This document shows, one piece after another, positions 34,968-44,417 of a stretch of 50,480 nucleotides of DNA. The DNA is taken from positions 628-51,107 of the forward strand of contig NVSU01000004.1 in NCBI GenBank assembly GCA_002401345.1, read 5' to 3'. The notes below the pieces were generated by a model. The model worked only from the letters and a program-made list of their open reading frames with translations. It was not told the DNA's origin and did no database searches. This stretch comes from Candidatus Wolfebacteria bacterium. Lineage in GTDB: Bacteria; Patescibacteriota; Minisyncoccia; Phycocordibacterales; NVSU01. Numbering within the stretch: the stretch's first letter is position 1; each line of letters begins with the position of its first letter. The position numbers and the translations under genes are program-made.

Positions 34968-36065
34968 TTACAATAATTTACCGATATCAAAAAAGGTAAC
35001 CACTACCATGAGTAAGATGAGTAAGAAAAATCCTATTGCATTCAAGGTGTTTGCAATCGAAGGATTAATAGGAGAACCTTTTATCTTTTCTATTAATAAA
35101 AAGAGTAGTCGTCCCCCATCCAGCGCAGGGAATGGGATTAAATTGATGATTGCGAGGTTAATTGAAATGATCGCAGTCAATGAAAGTAGAAATACAAACC
35201 CAAGCTGGGCTGCGTCGCCCACTACCCCAACAATTCCAACTGGCCCTGAGATTTTTGAGATATCGGCTTCTCCTATGAACGCATCTCTAATTAAAAGAGA
35301 GAGAGATACTACTGTATCTTTTGTTATTGTTGCAGTTAATTTTGCTCCTTCAATAAGTGCTTTATGAACTGGAAGTTTCAAAATTCCCACAAGATCCATG
35401 GCTATACCAATAGCAGGAACACTCTCTTCAACAAGGCCAATTTGAGGAAGAAGTGTGACGGATTGAGATATATCATCTCTTTCAAATGTCACTATCAACT
35501 CTTGACCGGGCCGTGATGAAACAAATTCCTTGACGGCTTCTGGTGTAAGTACATCAATTGATGATGTCGGATCACTTACTGAAGTAATTTTATCACCTTG
35601 AATTAATCCTGAAAATCCAGCTGGTGACTCATCTAATACTCCTGTAACCATAAGTGACACATTTGTAACTTCAACTCCCGCTCGTTCTTGTCCTACTGTT
35701 GATGGCAAACCAGCTATTAATCCTATCGACAACAATAGCCACGCGAGTACAAAATTAAAAATTATTCCTGCAGACAACACCGCAGCTTGAATATATTTTG
35801 GTTTGTGTATAAAACTTCGTGATCGATCTGGTCCAGTAAGTGATTCTTCGTCTGGAGTTTCTCCAAATATCTTTACAAATCCACCAAATGGCAATGCATT
35901 AAATGAATACTCTGTTTCACCTTTTTTTACACTAAATAACTTAGGAGGAAACCCAAAGCCAAATTCATCTACTCGTATTCCTGATTTCTTGGCAACAATA
36001 AAATGACCGAACTCATGAACTAACACAAGCACAACCAGAATAACTAAAAATATAAATATAGACAT
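34968..36065 (-). CDS. rseP: RIP metalloprotease RseP (M50 with PDZ)
   Basis: HEFGH, PFGGFV, a PDZ-like region and NLIPFPALDGG. Confidence 0.93.
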   Translation of the reverse strand: MSIFIFLVILVVLVLVHEFGHFIVAKKSGIRVDEFGFGFPPKLFSVKKGETEYSFNALPFGGFVKIFGETPDEESLTGPDRSRSFIHKPKYIQAAVLSAGIIFNFVLAWLLLSIGLIAGLPSTVGQERAGVEVTNVSLMVTGVLDESPAGFSGLIQGDKITSVSDPTSSIDVLTPEAVKEFVSSRPGQELIVTFERDDISQSVTLLPQIGLVEESVPAIGIAMDLVGILKLPVHKALIEGAKLTATITKDTVVSLSLLIRDAFIGEADISKISGPVGIVGVVGDAAQLGFVFLLSLTAIISINLAIINLIPFPALDGGRLLFLLIEKIKGSPINPSIANTLNAIGFFLLILLMVVVTFFDIGKLL

Positions 36066-36086
36066 ATAATAGAGGTAGAAATTGTA

Positions 36087-36641
36087 TTATTTTTCGAGGA
36101 GATCTATTTCTTTTTTCTTATAAAGAGATTCTAGATTTAGATTAGATGCATCGACTAATTTCTGTAATTCATCTTTAGATCTATATTTATCATCCTCAGA
36201 AATCTCTCCGTTTTTTTGTTTAGTTTGAATATCTTCCCATACCTTTTCTCTTTCTCCTCTCAAGGAAATACGTGCATCTTCTAATTTATCCTTAACTATC
36301 TTCACAAAACTAGTCCTGCGTTCAGTTGTGAGTTGAGGAAAAATAATTCTAATTCCTGTTCCGTCAACAGACAAAGAGACTCCAATATTCAACAGACCAA
36401 TTGCTTTTTCTATTTCTTTAACCTGACTATTGTCATATGGAATTACTCGAAGTGTCTTTGGGTCTTCGATAGTAATGGATGCAATATTGTTTAAAGGAAC
36501 ATGAGAGCCGTATGATTCCACGAGTACTGGATCAAGAAGAACCGGAGACGCAAGTCCGGTGTGTATTTGAGATAATTCTTTTGAAAGCCATTCTTCGACC
36601 TTCACTAGATCTTTTTTAAAATTTATAAAATCGTATGCCAT
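36087..36641 (-). CDS. frr: Ribosome recycling factor
   Basis: V.SYG..VPL, P.LTTERR, AR.SLR..R and ISEDD motifs. Confidence 0.93.
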   Translation of the reverse strand: MAYDFINFKKDLVKVEEWLSKELSQIHTGLASPVLLDPVLVESYGSHVPLNNIASITIEDPKTLRVIPYDNSQVKEIEKAIGLLNIGVSLSVDGTGIRIIFPQLTTERRTSFVKIVKDKLEDARISLRGEREKVWEDIQTKQKNGEISEDDKYRSKDELQKLVDASNLNLESLYKKKEIDLLEK

Positions 36642-36653
36642 ATAGTCCTAGTA

Positions 36654-37355
36654 TTATATCACAAGAGATAAATGTTCTAAAAGCATTTTTACAGATGACC
36701 CCTGTTGATTCATATATTTTCTGCACTTCCACACTTCTTGAAGCGATATAAAATCCTCTTTTGTATTTCTCATATCTGAAGCACTATTCAGTGCAATTTC
36801 AATAGTATTCAAGAATGAAAGTGCATCACCTTTAAGTACTGACGGAGAGGAATATTTTTCATGAGCCCCTAGTAGTTCTTTTACTATTGAAAGTCTGTCT
36901 TCTTTCTCACCTTCAATAAATTTTTTCGCTCGTTCAATTTCGACCGCAGTATTTTGAATAGGAGTATCATTGATTACATTACATCGAGACAGAAGTGTGT
37001 CGATAATATTATTTGCACTAGACATAAGGATAAAAAAATGAACATCCGTAGCTGGCTCTTCAAAAACTTTTAATAGTGCGTGTTGTGCTTCACGTGTAAA
37101 AAAATCTGTATCAATAATTAAAATCTTTTTTGTACCCGCAGCATCAACTCCTTTTTGTACCTGCAGTGATTTTAGTTCACGAGCATCATCGATGGTACAT
37201 ATTTCAAAATTTCTATACATCACATCTGGATTGCCTTCTATCGTAATCCCATTACTACGAATAATATCAAAAAGCTCCTCCTTGATGTGAGATCTGTCCC
37301 CCACAATGAGATATGCGTGGTGAGTAATATCGGTAATGTGAGATTTTAAGCTCAT
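36654..37355 (-). CDS. holB: DNA polymerase III delta'-like protein (short)
   Basis: HHAYL, NPD, AQHALLKVFEEP and TLLSRC motifs. Confidence 0.75.
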   Translation of the reverse strand: MSLKSHITDITHHAYLIVGDRSHIKEELFDIIRSNGITIEGNPDVMYRNFEICTIDDARELKSLQVQKGVDAAGTKKILIIDTDFFTREAQHALLKVFEEPATDVHFFILMSSANNIIDTLLSRCNVINDTPIQNTAVEIERAKKFIEGEKEDRLSIVKELLGAHEKYSSPSVLKGDALSFLNTIEIALNSASDMRNTKEDFISLQEVWKCRKYMNQQGSSVKMLLEHLSLVI

Positions 37356-37372
37356 ATATATGAATATACTCG

Positions 37373-38383
37373 TTATTTACTTAAGGAGGCTTTCTTGTAT
37401 GTATCTAGATGTTCAAGTGCTATACCTGTTCCATTTACAACACAATACAGAGGTTCTTCAGCAAGATATGCTTTAACTCCAATTTTTCGATACACAAGCT
37501 CAGTCAAATTTCTAAGTAGAGATGATCCACCTGTCATTATAATTCCATTGTCAATAATATCTGAGGACAACTCTGGAGGGCATTGCGCTAATACATCTTT
37601 GATTGCTCGAATCATAAGTCGAAGTTCATTATCAATCGCTTTTGCGATTTCATTTGTAGAAATAGTCGCTGAACGAGGGAGTCCTTGGATAAAATCACGT
37701 CCTTTAATAGTATACGTAAGTTCATCTTCAATAGGAATTGCAGATCCTATCTTAATTTTAACTTTCTCTGCTGTCTTATCTCCGATTGCCAGATTAAATG
37801 TTTTCTTTATGTAGTCGGCAATTGCTTGATCAATTTTATTTCCCGCACATTTTACAGAATTAGATGCAACAATACCTCCAAGAGAAATCACCGCAACATC
37901 AATCGTTCCTCCTCCAATATCAACAACCATATGTCCTTGTGATTGATAAATGGGAATACCTGCACCAATAGCTGCAAGAATTGGCTCTTTTACCACGTAT
38001 GCATTCTTTGCTCCTGCTTTTATTGCAGCTTCCACTACCGCTCGTCGCTCAGTCGAAGTCACCCCTGCAGGAACTGAAATCATCACATCTGGCTTAAAGA
38101 GATTAAAAGGTCCAAGTGCTTTATTTATAAAATATCGAAGCATTGCTTCTGTCACTCGATAATCAGCGATCACACCATCTCTCATGGGACGATACGCAAT
38201 AATACTGTCAGGTGTTTTCCCAATCATGTCCTTTGCTTCACTCCCAATCGCCAATATTTTATTTTTCTGCTCTGAGACAGCGACTACTGCAGGTTCATTC
38301 AATACAATTCCCTTCCCAGGTAAATAGACCAGTGTGTTCGCTGTTCCTAAATCTATTCCTAATTTTTTTGAAAAAAGTCCCAT
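37373..38383 (-). CDS. mreB: Rod shape-determining protein MreB
   Basis: GIDLGTANT, RPMRDGVIAD, VDIGGGT and MTGGSSLL motifs. Confidence 0.97.
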   Translation of the reverse strand: MGLFSKKLGIDLGTANTLVYLPGKGIVLNEPAVVAVSEQKNKILAIGSEAKDMIGKTPDSIIAYRPMRDGVIADYRVTEAMLRYFINKALGPFNLFKPDVMISVPAGVTSTERRAVVEAAIKAGAKNAYVVKEPILAAIGAGIPIYQSQGHMVVDIGGGTIDVAVISLGGIVASNSVKCAGNKIDQAIADYIKKTFNLAIGDKTAEKVKIKIGSAIPIEDELTYTIKGRDFIQGLPRSATISTNEIAKAIDNELRLMIRAIKDVLAQCPPELSSDIIDNGIIMTGGSSLLRNLTELVYRKIGVKAYLAEEPLYCVVNGTGIALEHLDTYKKASLSK

Positions 38384-38414
38384 GATAGATTAAAACGAGT
38401 GAAGTGAGTATTTA

Positions 38415-38483
38415 ATCATCACCCTGTGAAATCTTTTGCTACATGCAAAAGAAAAAATCTTTGATTTTTTATTTCACTGGGGT
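38415..38483 (-). repeat. Family-B structured leader element, copy 2 (mreB leader)
   Basis: Sense ACCCCAGTGAAAT...ATTTCACAGGGT-GATGAT, 31 nt before the ATG and downstream of the promoter TTGACA-16-TAAAAT (38524-38551). Confidence 0.85.
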
Positions 38484-38606
38484 CTAAAAAAATATACTCA
38501 TTACAATCGTTATTTGTTTGACAATTTTACCATACCGAAAAGGAGTGTCAAATTTTAATATATATGTATAATACAATCAGAATAGTGATCATATAAAACA
38601 AAAGAC

Positions 38607-39281
38607 ATGATAGAATTATTTTTATTTTTTATTATTCTTGTTATTGGAATAGTAAGCACAGCCTTATGGTTTCAAGAAACACACGTTATCGCACCTGTAA
38701 GCACTCTGTCTCTTGATAAACGTATCGTCTCACGAAAAAAAATGAGCCAGTGGACTCCAAGGAATCATGTACTCATTGAATTTCTTCCAGTCGTGCACGC
38801 TCATCTCATGAATACAAACGTACATGCAGTGCTCGAGAAATTGGGATATAGAATGCTCTCAGAGAGAGAAAAATATATTATCAGAAAGCAATATTCATAT
38901 GAATCAAGCTTTACTAACTTTATCGTTGTATTTCCGCACAAAAAAGGATCGAACTTACATACGAGTGGTATCTCGTGCATACAGTGGACTGAAAATGGTG
39001 TCACGTATACCAGTGATGCATCTCGACATAACATTCAGTGTGTAATGAGAATGAAAAAATACATTCTTAAAGACTCTTTGGTGAATTCATTCTATGTAGG
39101 TGTCACGAGGAATAAAACGACACTATGGACAACAATTCTTGATCGCACGTATGATATCAAAGTAGCACTGTCTGCTTTATTAATTTTCATTAAAAATAAA
39201 GCCCAAAAAGCTCTCACACAGAGAGCTTTTTTTTATATCCCTGTGATACACTTAGGGCATGAATCCCGTAGTAGAAAATGA
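38607..39281 (+). CDS. Orphan hypothetical protein with an N-terminal TM; 3' end doubtful
   Basis: 224-aa ORF that reads through a terminator-like hairpin (39206-39233) and stops inside family-A copy 3. Confidence 0.5.
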   Translation: MIELFLFFIILVIGIVSTALWFQETHVIAPVSTLSLDKRIVSRKKMSQWTPRNHVLIEFLPVVHAHLMNTNVHAVLEKLGYRMLSEREKYIIRKQYSYESSFTNFIVVFPHKKGSNLHTSGISCIQWTENGVTYTSDASRHNIQCVMRMKKYILKDSLVNSFYVGVTRNKTTLWTTILDRTYDIKVALSALLIFIKNKAQKALTQRAFFYIPVIHLGHESRSRK

Positions 39282-39397
39282 CATTATGGGAACATCATAG
39301 TGTATGTATTGTAGTAAGTCGAAATTGTATAAGTAATTAATAATATGTGGCATACATGCTCCTTAAAGAGCGATGTCATTTTTCACTACGGGATGAA
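39259..39397 (+). repeat. Family-A element, copy 3, at the priA start
   Basis: ATGAA-TCCCGTAGTAGAAAATGACATT...GATGTCATTTTTCACTACGGG-ATGAA, 134-nt unit with a divergent interior. Confidence 0.9.
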
Positions 39398-41354
39398 AAT
39401 AGTTAGTGTAATTCCATATTCTAAGGGGATTCACAAGGAAACGCTCACCTATTTCAGTTCAAAAGATATTCCTGTGGGAAGTATTGTGACTGTTCCTGTG
39501 AGAAAAAAACTTGTGACCGCATTTGTGACTGAGTCTAAAGATCTTCTCAAGGCAAAGTCTGATGTGAAGTCATCCTCGTTTAATTTAAAAAAAGTTGATT
39601 CGATTGTTGGGCCTTCTCTGTTTAATCAGGAGTTCTTTTACACCGTACGTGACCTTAAAAAATATTATGCGACTCATTCAAGTTTACTGTTTAGTTCCCT
39701 CATTCCAACACTCTTTCTAAAAAAGTACGCACAACTTACGCTTCCTCATATTGCTTCAGAAAAAAGTACCTCGTCTATACGACAAGAAAAATTATTATTC
39801 CAATCTCCTGATGAGGAACGATTGAGTTACTACAAAACCTATATTCGTGAATCATTTGCAAAAGGTGAGTCGCTTTTTATATGTCTTCCAAATAGTAATG
39901 ACATACAAACTTTTCTTCCAATAATTAGCAAAGGGATCGAACAATATGTATTTGTGCTTCATGGTGCCCTTACAGATAAAAAACAAATTGAGGTCTATAA
40001 TAAACTTATTGATGAAACACACCCTGTGGTAATTATCGCAACAGGGTCATATCTCTTTGTTCCACGCAATGATATTGGAACTATCATTGTTGAGCGAGAA
40101 AGTTCATCTACATATAAAACATTCACACGTCCCTATATTGACATGCGAATCGTTGCTGAAATCTATTCTCACTATTTAAATGCCAAGCTCATATACGCAG
40201 ATACATATTTACGAACGGAGACACTGTGGAGACATGATCAAAACGAGTTCTCTGAAGTAGATCAATTTAATTTTAGACCACCTATTCAATTGAAACATCC
40301 TATTATAGATGTAAGAAAAAATATTAAAGACGAACCACAAAAAAAATCTAAAAAATTCTCGGCATTAAATGATGAAGTACTTCAACTTATACACACTGCA
40401 TTAAAAGAAAATAGGAAAATATTCCTCTTTGTACTCCGGAAAGGTCTCGCGGGGATAACGGTCTGTAACGACTGTGGAACAGCAGTACTTTGTGAATCGT
40501 GCTCGGTACCAATGACACTTTTCAATCAGAAAAATAAGATCACCCATAAAGGCAAAAAAGAAAGCATATTCATATGTAATAAATGTAGAGCAGTTAAGAG
40601 AACAAATGTGATATGTAAAGAATGTGATAGCTGGAATCTCGTATCACTTGGAATTGGAATTGAAAGCGTACTAAAGGAAGTCAAGAATGAATTTAGTGAT
40701 GCCAAAGTATTTGTAATTGAAGGTGAAACTGTGAAGACAAAAACTCAGGGTAAAAAAATTATCTCTGAGTTTAATTCATCCACCAATGGAATACTTGTGG
40801 GGACCGAAATGGCACTTTCATATATAAATGAGAAAGTTGATGAGAGTGTGGTGGTCTCATTTGATTCATTGTTCTCAATTCCGGGGTTTAGAATTAATGA
40901 AAGGGTTCTCAAACTTCTTACTTCTCTTTCCTCAATTTCTAAAAACTCGGTACGTATACAAACCAAGAATCCTGATGAATCAATTCTTACACATATTCAA
41001 GAGAGGACCATGGTTGATTTTTTCAGAGAAGAATTAAAGCTGAGAAAACAATTCAACTATCCTCCTTTTTCGACACTTATTAAAATCAGTTTCAGTGGAA
41101 ATACAAAAGATGTAGAAAAAGCTCATGATATGTTTCATACATTATTTAATTCATACCCCCTTGAACTATTCAGGTCAGTTATTACCAAAGGTAAGCGCTT
41201 GCATGCTATACACGCAATACTCAGAATTGATCGATCTACATGGGCACTCCCCTCACGTGGTACTAAAGGCGAGCTCGACACATTGCTTCTCGAAAAACTC
41301 ATCTCTCTCCCTCCTTCATATATAGTACATATCGATCCAGAGGATCTGTTGTAA
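39393..41354 (+). CDS. priA: Primosomal protein N' (divergent helicase motifs)
   Basis: MKIVSVIP...LTY...GSIVTVP N-domain, four CxxC pairs, GIE, ILVGT, YPPF and the C-terminal IDPEDLL. Confidence 0.88.
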   Translation: MKIVSVIPYSKGIHKETLTYFSSKDIPVGSIVTVPVRKKLVTAFVTESKDLLKAKSDVKSSSFNLKKVDSIVGPSLFNQEFFYTVRDLKKYYATHSSLLFSSLIPTLFLKKYAQLTLPHIASEKSTSSIRQEKLLFQSPDEERLSYYKTYIRESFAKGESLFICLPNSNDIQTFLPIISKGIEQYVFVLHGALTDKKQIEVYNKLIDETHPVVIIATGSYLFVPRNDIGTIIVERESSSTYKTFTRPYIDMRIVAEIYSHYLNAKLIYADTYLRTETLWRHDQNEFSEVDQFNFRPPIQLKHPIIDVRKNIKDEPQKKSKKFSALNDEVLQLIHTALKENRKIFLFVLRKGLAGITVCNDCGTAVLCESCSVPMTLFNQKNKITHKGKKESIFICNKCRAVKRTNVICKECDSWNLVSLGIGIESVLKEVKNEFSDAKVFVIEGETVKTKTQGKKIISEFNSSTNGILVGTEMALSYINEKVDESVVVSFDSLFSIPGFRINERVLKLLTSLSSISKNSVRIQTKNPDESILTHIQERTMVDFFREELKLRKQFNYPPFSTLIKISFSGNTKDVEKAHDMFHTLFNSYPLELFRSVITKGKRLHAIHAILRIDRSTWALPSRGTKGELDTLLLEKLISLPPSYIVHIDPEDLL

Positions 41355-41419
41355 ATATAATCCTAAAATATACATAATAACTGGTTGCATTATATACCCC
41401 GTATGGTATTCTGAAGTCT

Positions 41420-41653
41420 ATGCCTACGAGCAAAATAATTATAGAAGTCACAAAGAATAAGAACGAAAACAATATAAATATTGTTCGTCGTTTTTCTCGT
41501 AAAATGAAGGAATCTGGAACACTCAGAAAAGTACGTTCAATTCGATATAAACAAAGAACTCCTTCTGCCTTAACTCTTAAACAATCAGCACTTCGAAGAA
41601 TCGGTAAAGCAAAAGAAAGAGAAGTACTCCGAAAACTAGGTAAAATAAAATAA
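41420..41653 (+). CDS. rpsU: 30S ribosomal protein S21
   Basis: Small basic protein, IEV.K..NE....VRRFSRKMKESGTL...R..RY...PS. Confidence 0.8.
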   Translation: MPTSKIIIEVTKNKNENNINIVRRFSRKMKESGTLRKVRSIRYKQRTPSALTLKQSALRRIGKAKEREVLRKLGKIK

Positions 41654-41662
41654 ACTACTGAT

Positions 41663-42058
41663 ATGGTTTCTTATACCGGAAACAATGTATCTGTACGACG
41701 ACTCACAAATGGCAAGCTTCCGAGCTTGCCATTTACTCGTCTCAAGGAGGCAGTGCTCGGCAAAAAATATGATCTCAGTATTGTATTTGTCGGATCAAAA
41801 ATGTCTCAGGAGATTAATAAGAAATATCGAAAAAAAAATAAACCCACAAATATTCTCAGCTTTGTTCTCTCTGAGGAAAGCGGGGAACTTGTTATTAGCT
41901 TGGGTCAAGTTCGAAAAGACGCTCCCAATTTTAATAAAAGCTATCTCGACTTCCTCGGATTTCTAATTATTCACGGACTGCTTCATCTCAAAGGATATGA
42001 CCATGGAAAAGAGATGGAACTACTGGAGTCAAAATTTTCTAGAAAATTTGGTTTTTAA
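41663..42058 (+). CDS. ybeY: rRNA maturation RNase YbeY
   Basis: NKKYRKKNKPTNILSF and IHGLLHLKGYDH motifs. Confidence 0.93.
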   Translation: MVSYTGNNVSVRRLTNGKLPSLPFTRLKEAVLGKKYDLSIVFVGSKMSQEINKKYRKKNKPTNILSFVLSEESGELVISLGQVRKDAPNFNKSYLDFLGFLIIHGLLHLKGYDHGKEMELLESKFSRKFGF

Positions 42059-42079
42059 CTTTTTTCACTAAATTGAAAT

Positions 42080-42601
42080 ATGGACAATTATAATAAAGTT
42101 GATGTCATGTGGGTTGGTCTCTCCGCTAAGTATATAAAAAATTCAAAAGATATATGTCCCCCGTTAGATGCACGGACTAATTCTGGAAAAGTAGTGTCAC
42201 TTGTTGAGCAACAATTAAATGACTTACGTTATTACAAAACTAACCTAGTTCCCACTCCACCGCTTGATAAGAATGGGAAACTACGTTATCCAACAAATTC
42301 TGAAATGAATAATGGATTTATCTCTCTAGAAAAGGAACTAGTAAAACTGAAGCCTAAGGTTGTGATATTGCTCGGTGAAAAGTCTTCATCGTTTATACAT
42401 AACAAAATTACACATAGTGAGAATAAAATAATCTCAATCGAACCACATGTAGAAATATCTATATATCGCGATATGCATTTTATCTCTGTAGTCCATCCTT
42501 CTTATATATACATTTATAAGAGAAGAGCGCTGGACGAATACATTCAAGAAGTCTGTTATATAATAGATTGCGCTCTTAAAAACAAAGAGGCAATAAAATA
42601 A
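42080..42601 (+). CDS. Uracil-DNA glycosylase superfamily protein
   Basis: VMWVG, YKTNLV, LKPKVVILLG and VHPSY motifs. Confidence 0.8.
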   Translation: MDNYNKVDVMWVGLSAKYIKNSKDICPPLDARTNSGKVVSLVEQQLNDLRYYKTNLVPTPPLDKNGKLRYPTNSEMNNGFISLEKELVKLKPKVVILLGEKSSSFIHNKITHSENKIISIEPHVEISIYRDMHFISVVHPSYIYIYKRRALDEYIQEVCYIIDCALKNKEAIK

Positions 42602-42686
42602 TACACATTACATTTAATATTTTAAAATATTAAGGATTGTATGATACAATTTTCCTAGAATATTTTAAAAATTAAAACGTGAGATT

Positions 42687-42932
42687 ATGCCTTCAACTGA
42701 AGAAAACATTTGTGAAACTGAAGATTGTGACAATGTGTTATCTGTAAATGAATTTGGTCACCTTTGCTGGACACAAGCCAATACACTGAGCTATGGTAAT
42801 TGCGAGAGTACTCTATATTGTAATTGTTGTATTGACTGCAGACAAACCTGTCTTGATGGATTTATGGATGACGAAAAAGCTGGAAATATTCCGTCTCCAT
42901 GTGACTCTAATGGTCTTCTGTATAAAGAATAA
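42687..42932 (+). CDS. Orphan Cys-rich acidic mini-protein
   Basis: 81 aa with 10 Cys, followed by the terminator AAAAGTCC-a-CGC-gtat-GCG-GGACTTTT. Confidence 0.6.
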   Translation: MPSTEENICETEDCDNVLSVNEFGHLCWTQANTLSYGNCESTLYCNCCIDCRQTCLDGFMDDEKAGNIPSPCDSNGLLYKE

Positions 42933-43096
42933 AAGTCCACGCGTATGCGGGACTTTTTTATTTGTGTCTTAAATTCTTAAGACACCTAGTTATTCACGGA
43001 TTACTTAATCTCAAGATATATGACCATGCTATACTTATGGATAAGAAGAAGAAAAATTACCCGTCACATTTGGATTTAATTTTTTTCACGTAAACC

Positions 43097-44263
43097 ATGG
43101 CAAAAAACATCTCAGTTGGTATCGATATCGGGACTCAAACCACTCGCGTAGTGGTTGTTGAATATGTAAAAGGAAAACCTGTGCCCCGAATACTTGGAAC
43201 TGGTAAAAGTGAATCACAGGGACTCAGACAAGGATATATTCATGATTACGAAGCAACAATCGAAAGCATAAAAAAAGCTGTCGCAGAGGCGGAAAAAAAC
43301 GCAGGGGTCACTATTAAAAAAGCATTTGTATCGATTGGGGGAATATCTCTTACTTCTGAGATGGGTCATGGCTATTCAATAATTTCCCGTGGAGATAAAG
43401 AAGTCACTGAGCTCGATATCAACAAAGCAATACACGAAAGTGAGGATGCTATTGATATTAGTAATAAAAAGATTATTCATGTGATTCCCGTAACGTACAA
43501 ACTCGATGGAAATGAAGTACTTGGAAATCCTGAAGGAATGCAAGGAATAAAACTTGAAGTGAAAACTCTTTTTGTGACTGCGATGGAGCGTCATATAGAA
43601 AATCTACTCGGTGCACTCGCTGAGGCAGGTATTGATGTTCAGGATGTGATTGCGGCTCCTATTGCAGCGAGTATGGTTGCGCTTACTGAAAAGCAAAAAT
43701 CTGTGGGGTGTATTTTGATTGATATTGGGGCAGAAACAGTTGAAATTGCAGTATTTGAAAATGGTACAGTATTATCACTTCAAGTCTTCCCTATTGGATC
43801 AATGGATATCACAAATGACATCGCACTTGGATTTAAAATTCCCCTTGAAGACGCAGAAAAATTGAAACGCGGGAATATTGTAGGTGAGTTCCCTAAAAAG
43901 AAATTACAAGAAATTATCACTGCACGCGCAACTGATATATTTGAATACGTAGAAGCGCATCTTAAAAAAATAAAAAGAAACGGACTGCTTCCTGCAGGTG
44001 TAATCATCACTGGAGGTGGATCAAATATTTTAGAAATTGAAGAGCTTTCAAAAAAGATTCTCAGGCTTCCCTCAAGAAAAGGTAATGCACTCATCTTCCA
44101 GGCTAAAAAAGGAAGTGGTGATGCGTCATGGCTTGTTGCACTTGGCTTATGTGTAGTTGGACGAAGATTCTATGATCAGGACTATACACAAGAGACTCTC
44201 TCAAAAACTTTTTCTGGAATTAAGAAATTCTTTAAATCACTTTCTAAACAACTCTTACCATAG
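43097..44263 (+). CDS. ftsA: Cell division protein FtsA
   Basis: GIDIGT, SQGLRQG.I, IDIGAET, GSMDITNDIA and ITGGGS motifs. Confidence 0.95.
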   Translation: MAKNISVGIDIGTQTTRVVVVEYVKGKPVPRILGTGKSESQGLRQGYIHDYEATIESIKKAVAEAEKNAGVTIKKAFVSIGGISLTSEMGHGYSIISRGDKEVTELDINKAIHESEDAIDISNKKIIHVIPVTYKLDGNEVLGNPEGMQGIKLEVKTLFVTAMERHIENLLGALAEAGIDVQDVIAAPIAASMVALTEKQKSVGCILIDIGAETVEIAVFENGTVLSLQVFPIGSMDITNDIALGFKIPLEDAEKLKRGNIVGEFPKKKLQEIITARATDIFEYVEAHLKKIKRNGLLPAGVIITGGGSNILEIEELSKKILRLPSRKGNALIFQAKKGSGDASWLVALGLCVVGRRFYDQDYTQETLSKTFSGIKKFFKSLSKQLLP

Positions 44264-44270
44264 TAAAAAT

Positions 44271-44299
44271 TCCACTTAGACGTCCGACGTCTAAGTGGA
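44271..44299. repeat. Near-perfect palindrome (REP-like or terminator)
   Basis: TCCACTTAGACGTC-c-GACGTCTAAGTGGA, 14-bp arms with a 1-nt centre. Confidence 0.8.
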
Positions 44300-44319
44300 T
44301 TTTTAAAATAGGAAATAAA

Positions 44320-44346
44320 AAAGCGCTGGAAATTTTCCAGCGCTTT
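44320..44346 (-). terminator. Terminator of the orphan gene
   Basis: AAAGCGCTGGAAA-t-TTTCCAGCGCTTT with an A-run on +. Confidence 0.75.
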
Positions 44347-44351
44347 GCGAT

Positions 44352-44417
44352 GCCCCGTACCGAACTTCCTAGAGCGTCCGAACCACTCGGAGTAGCTTAC
44401 TCTGGTACTTGGAGTGC
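44352..44417. repeat. GC-rich structured element (family C) in the orphan 3' UTR
   Basis: GCCCCGTACC...GGTACttGGAGtGC. Ends resemble the CCCCAGTACC...TACT/GGGG insert at 2474-2538. Confidence 0.5.

Noticed and set aside
39345-39392. ORF-track N-terminal extension of PriA (MWHTCSLKSDVIFHYG)
   Set aside because: Derived from the family-A element. The PriA-like sequence begins at ATG 39393.
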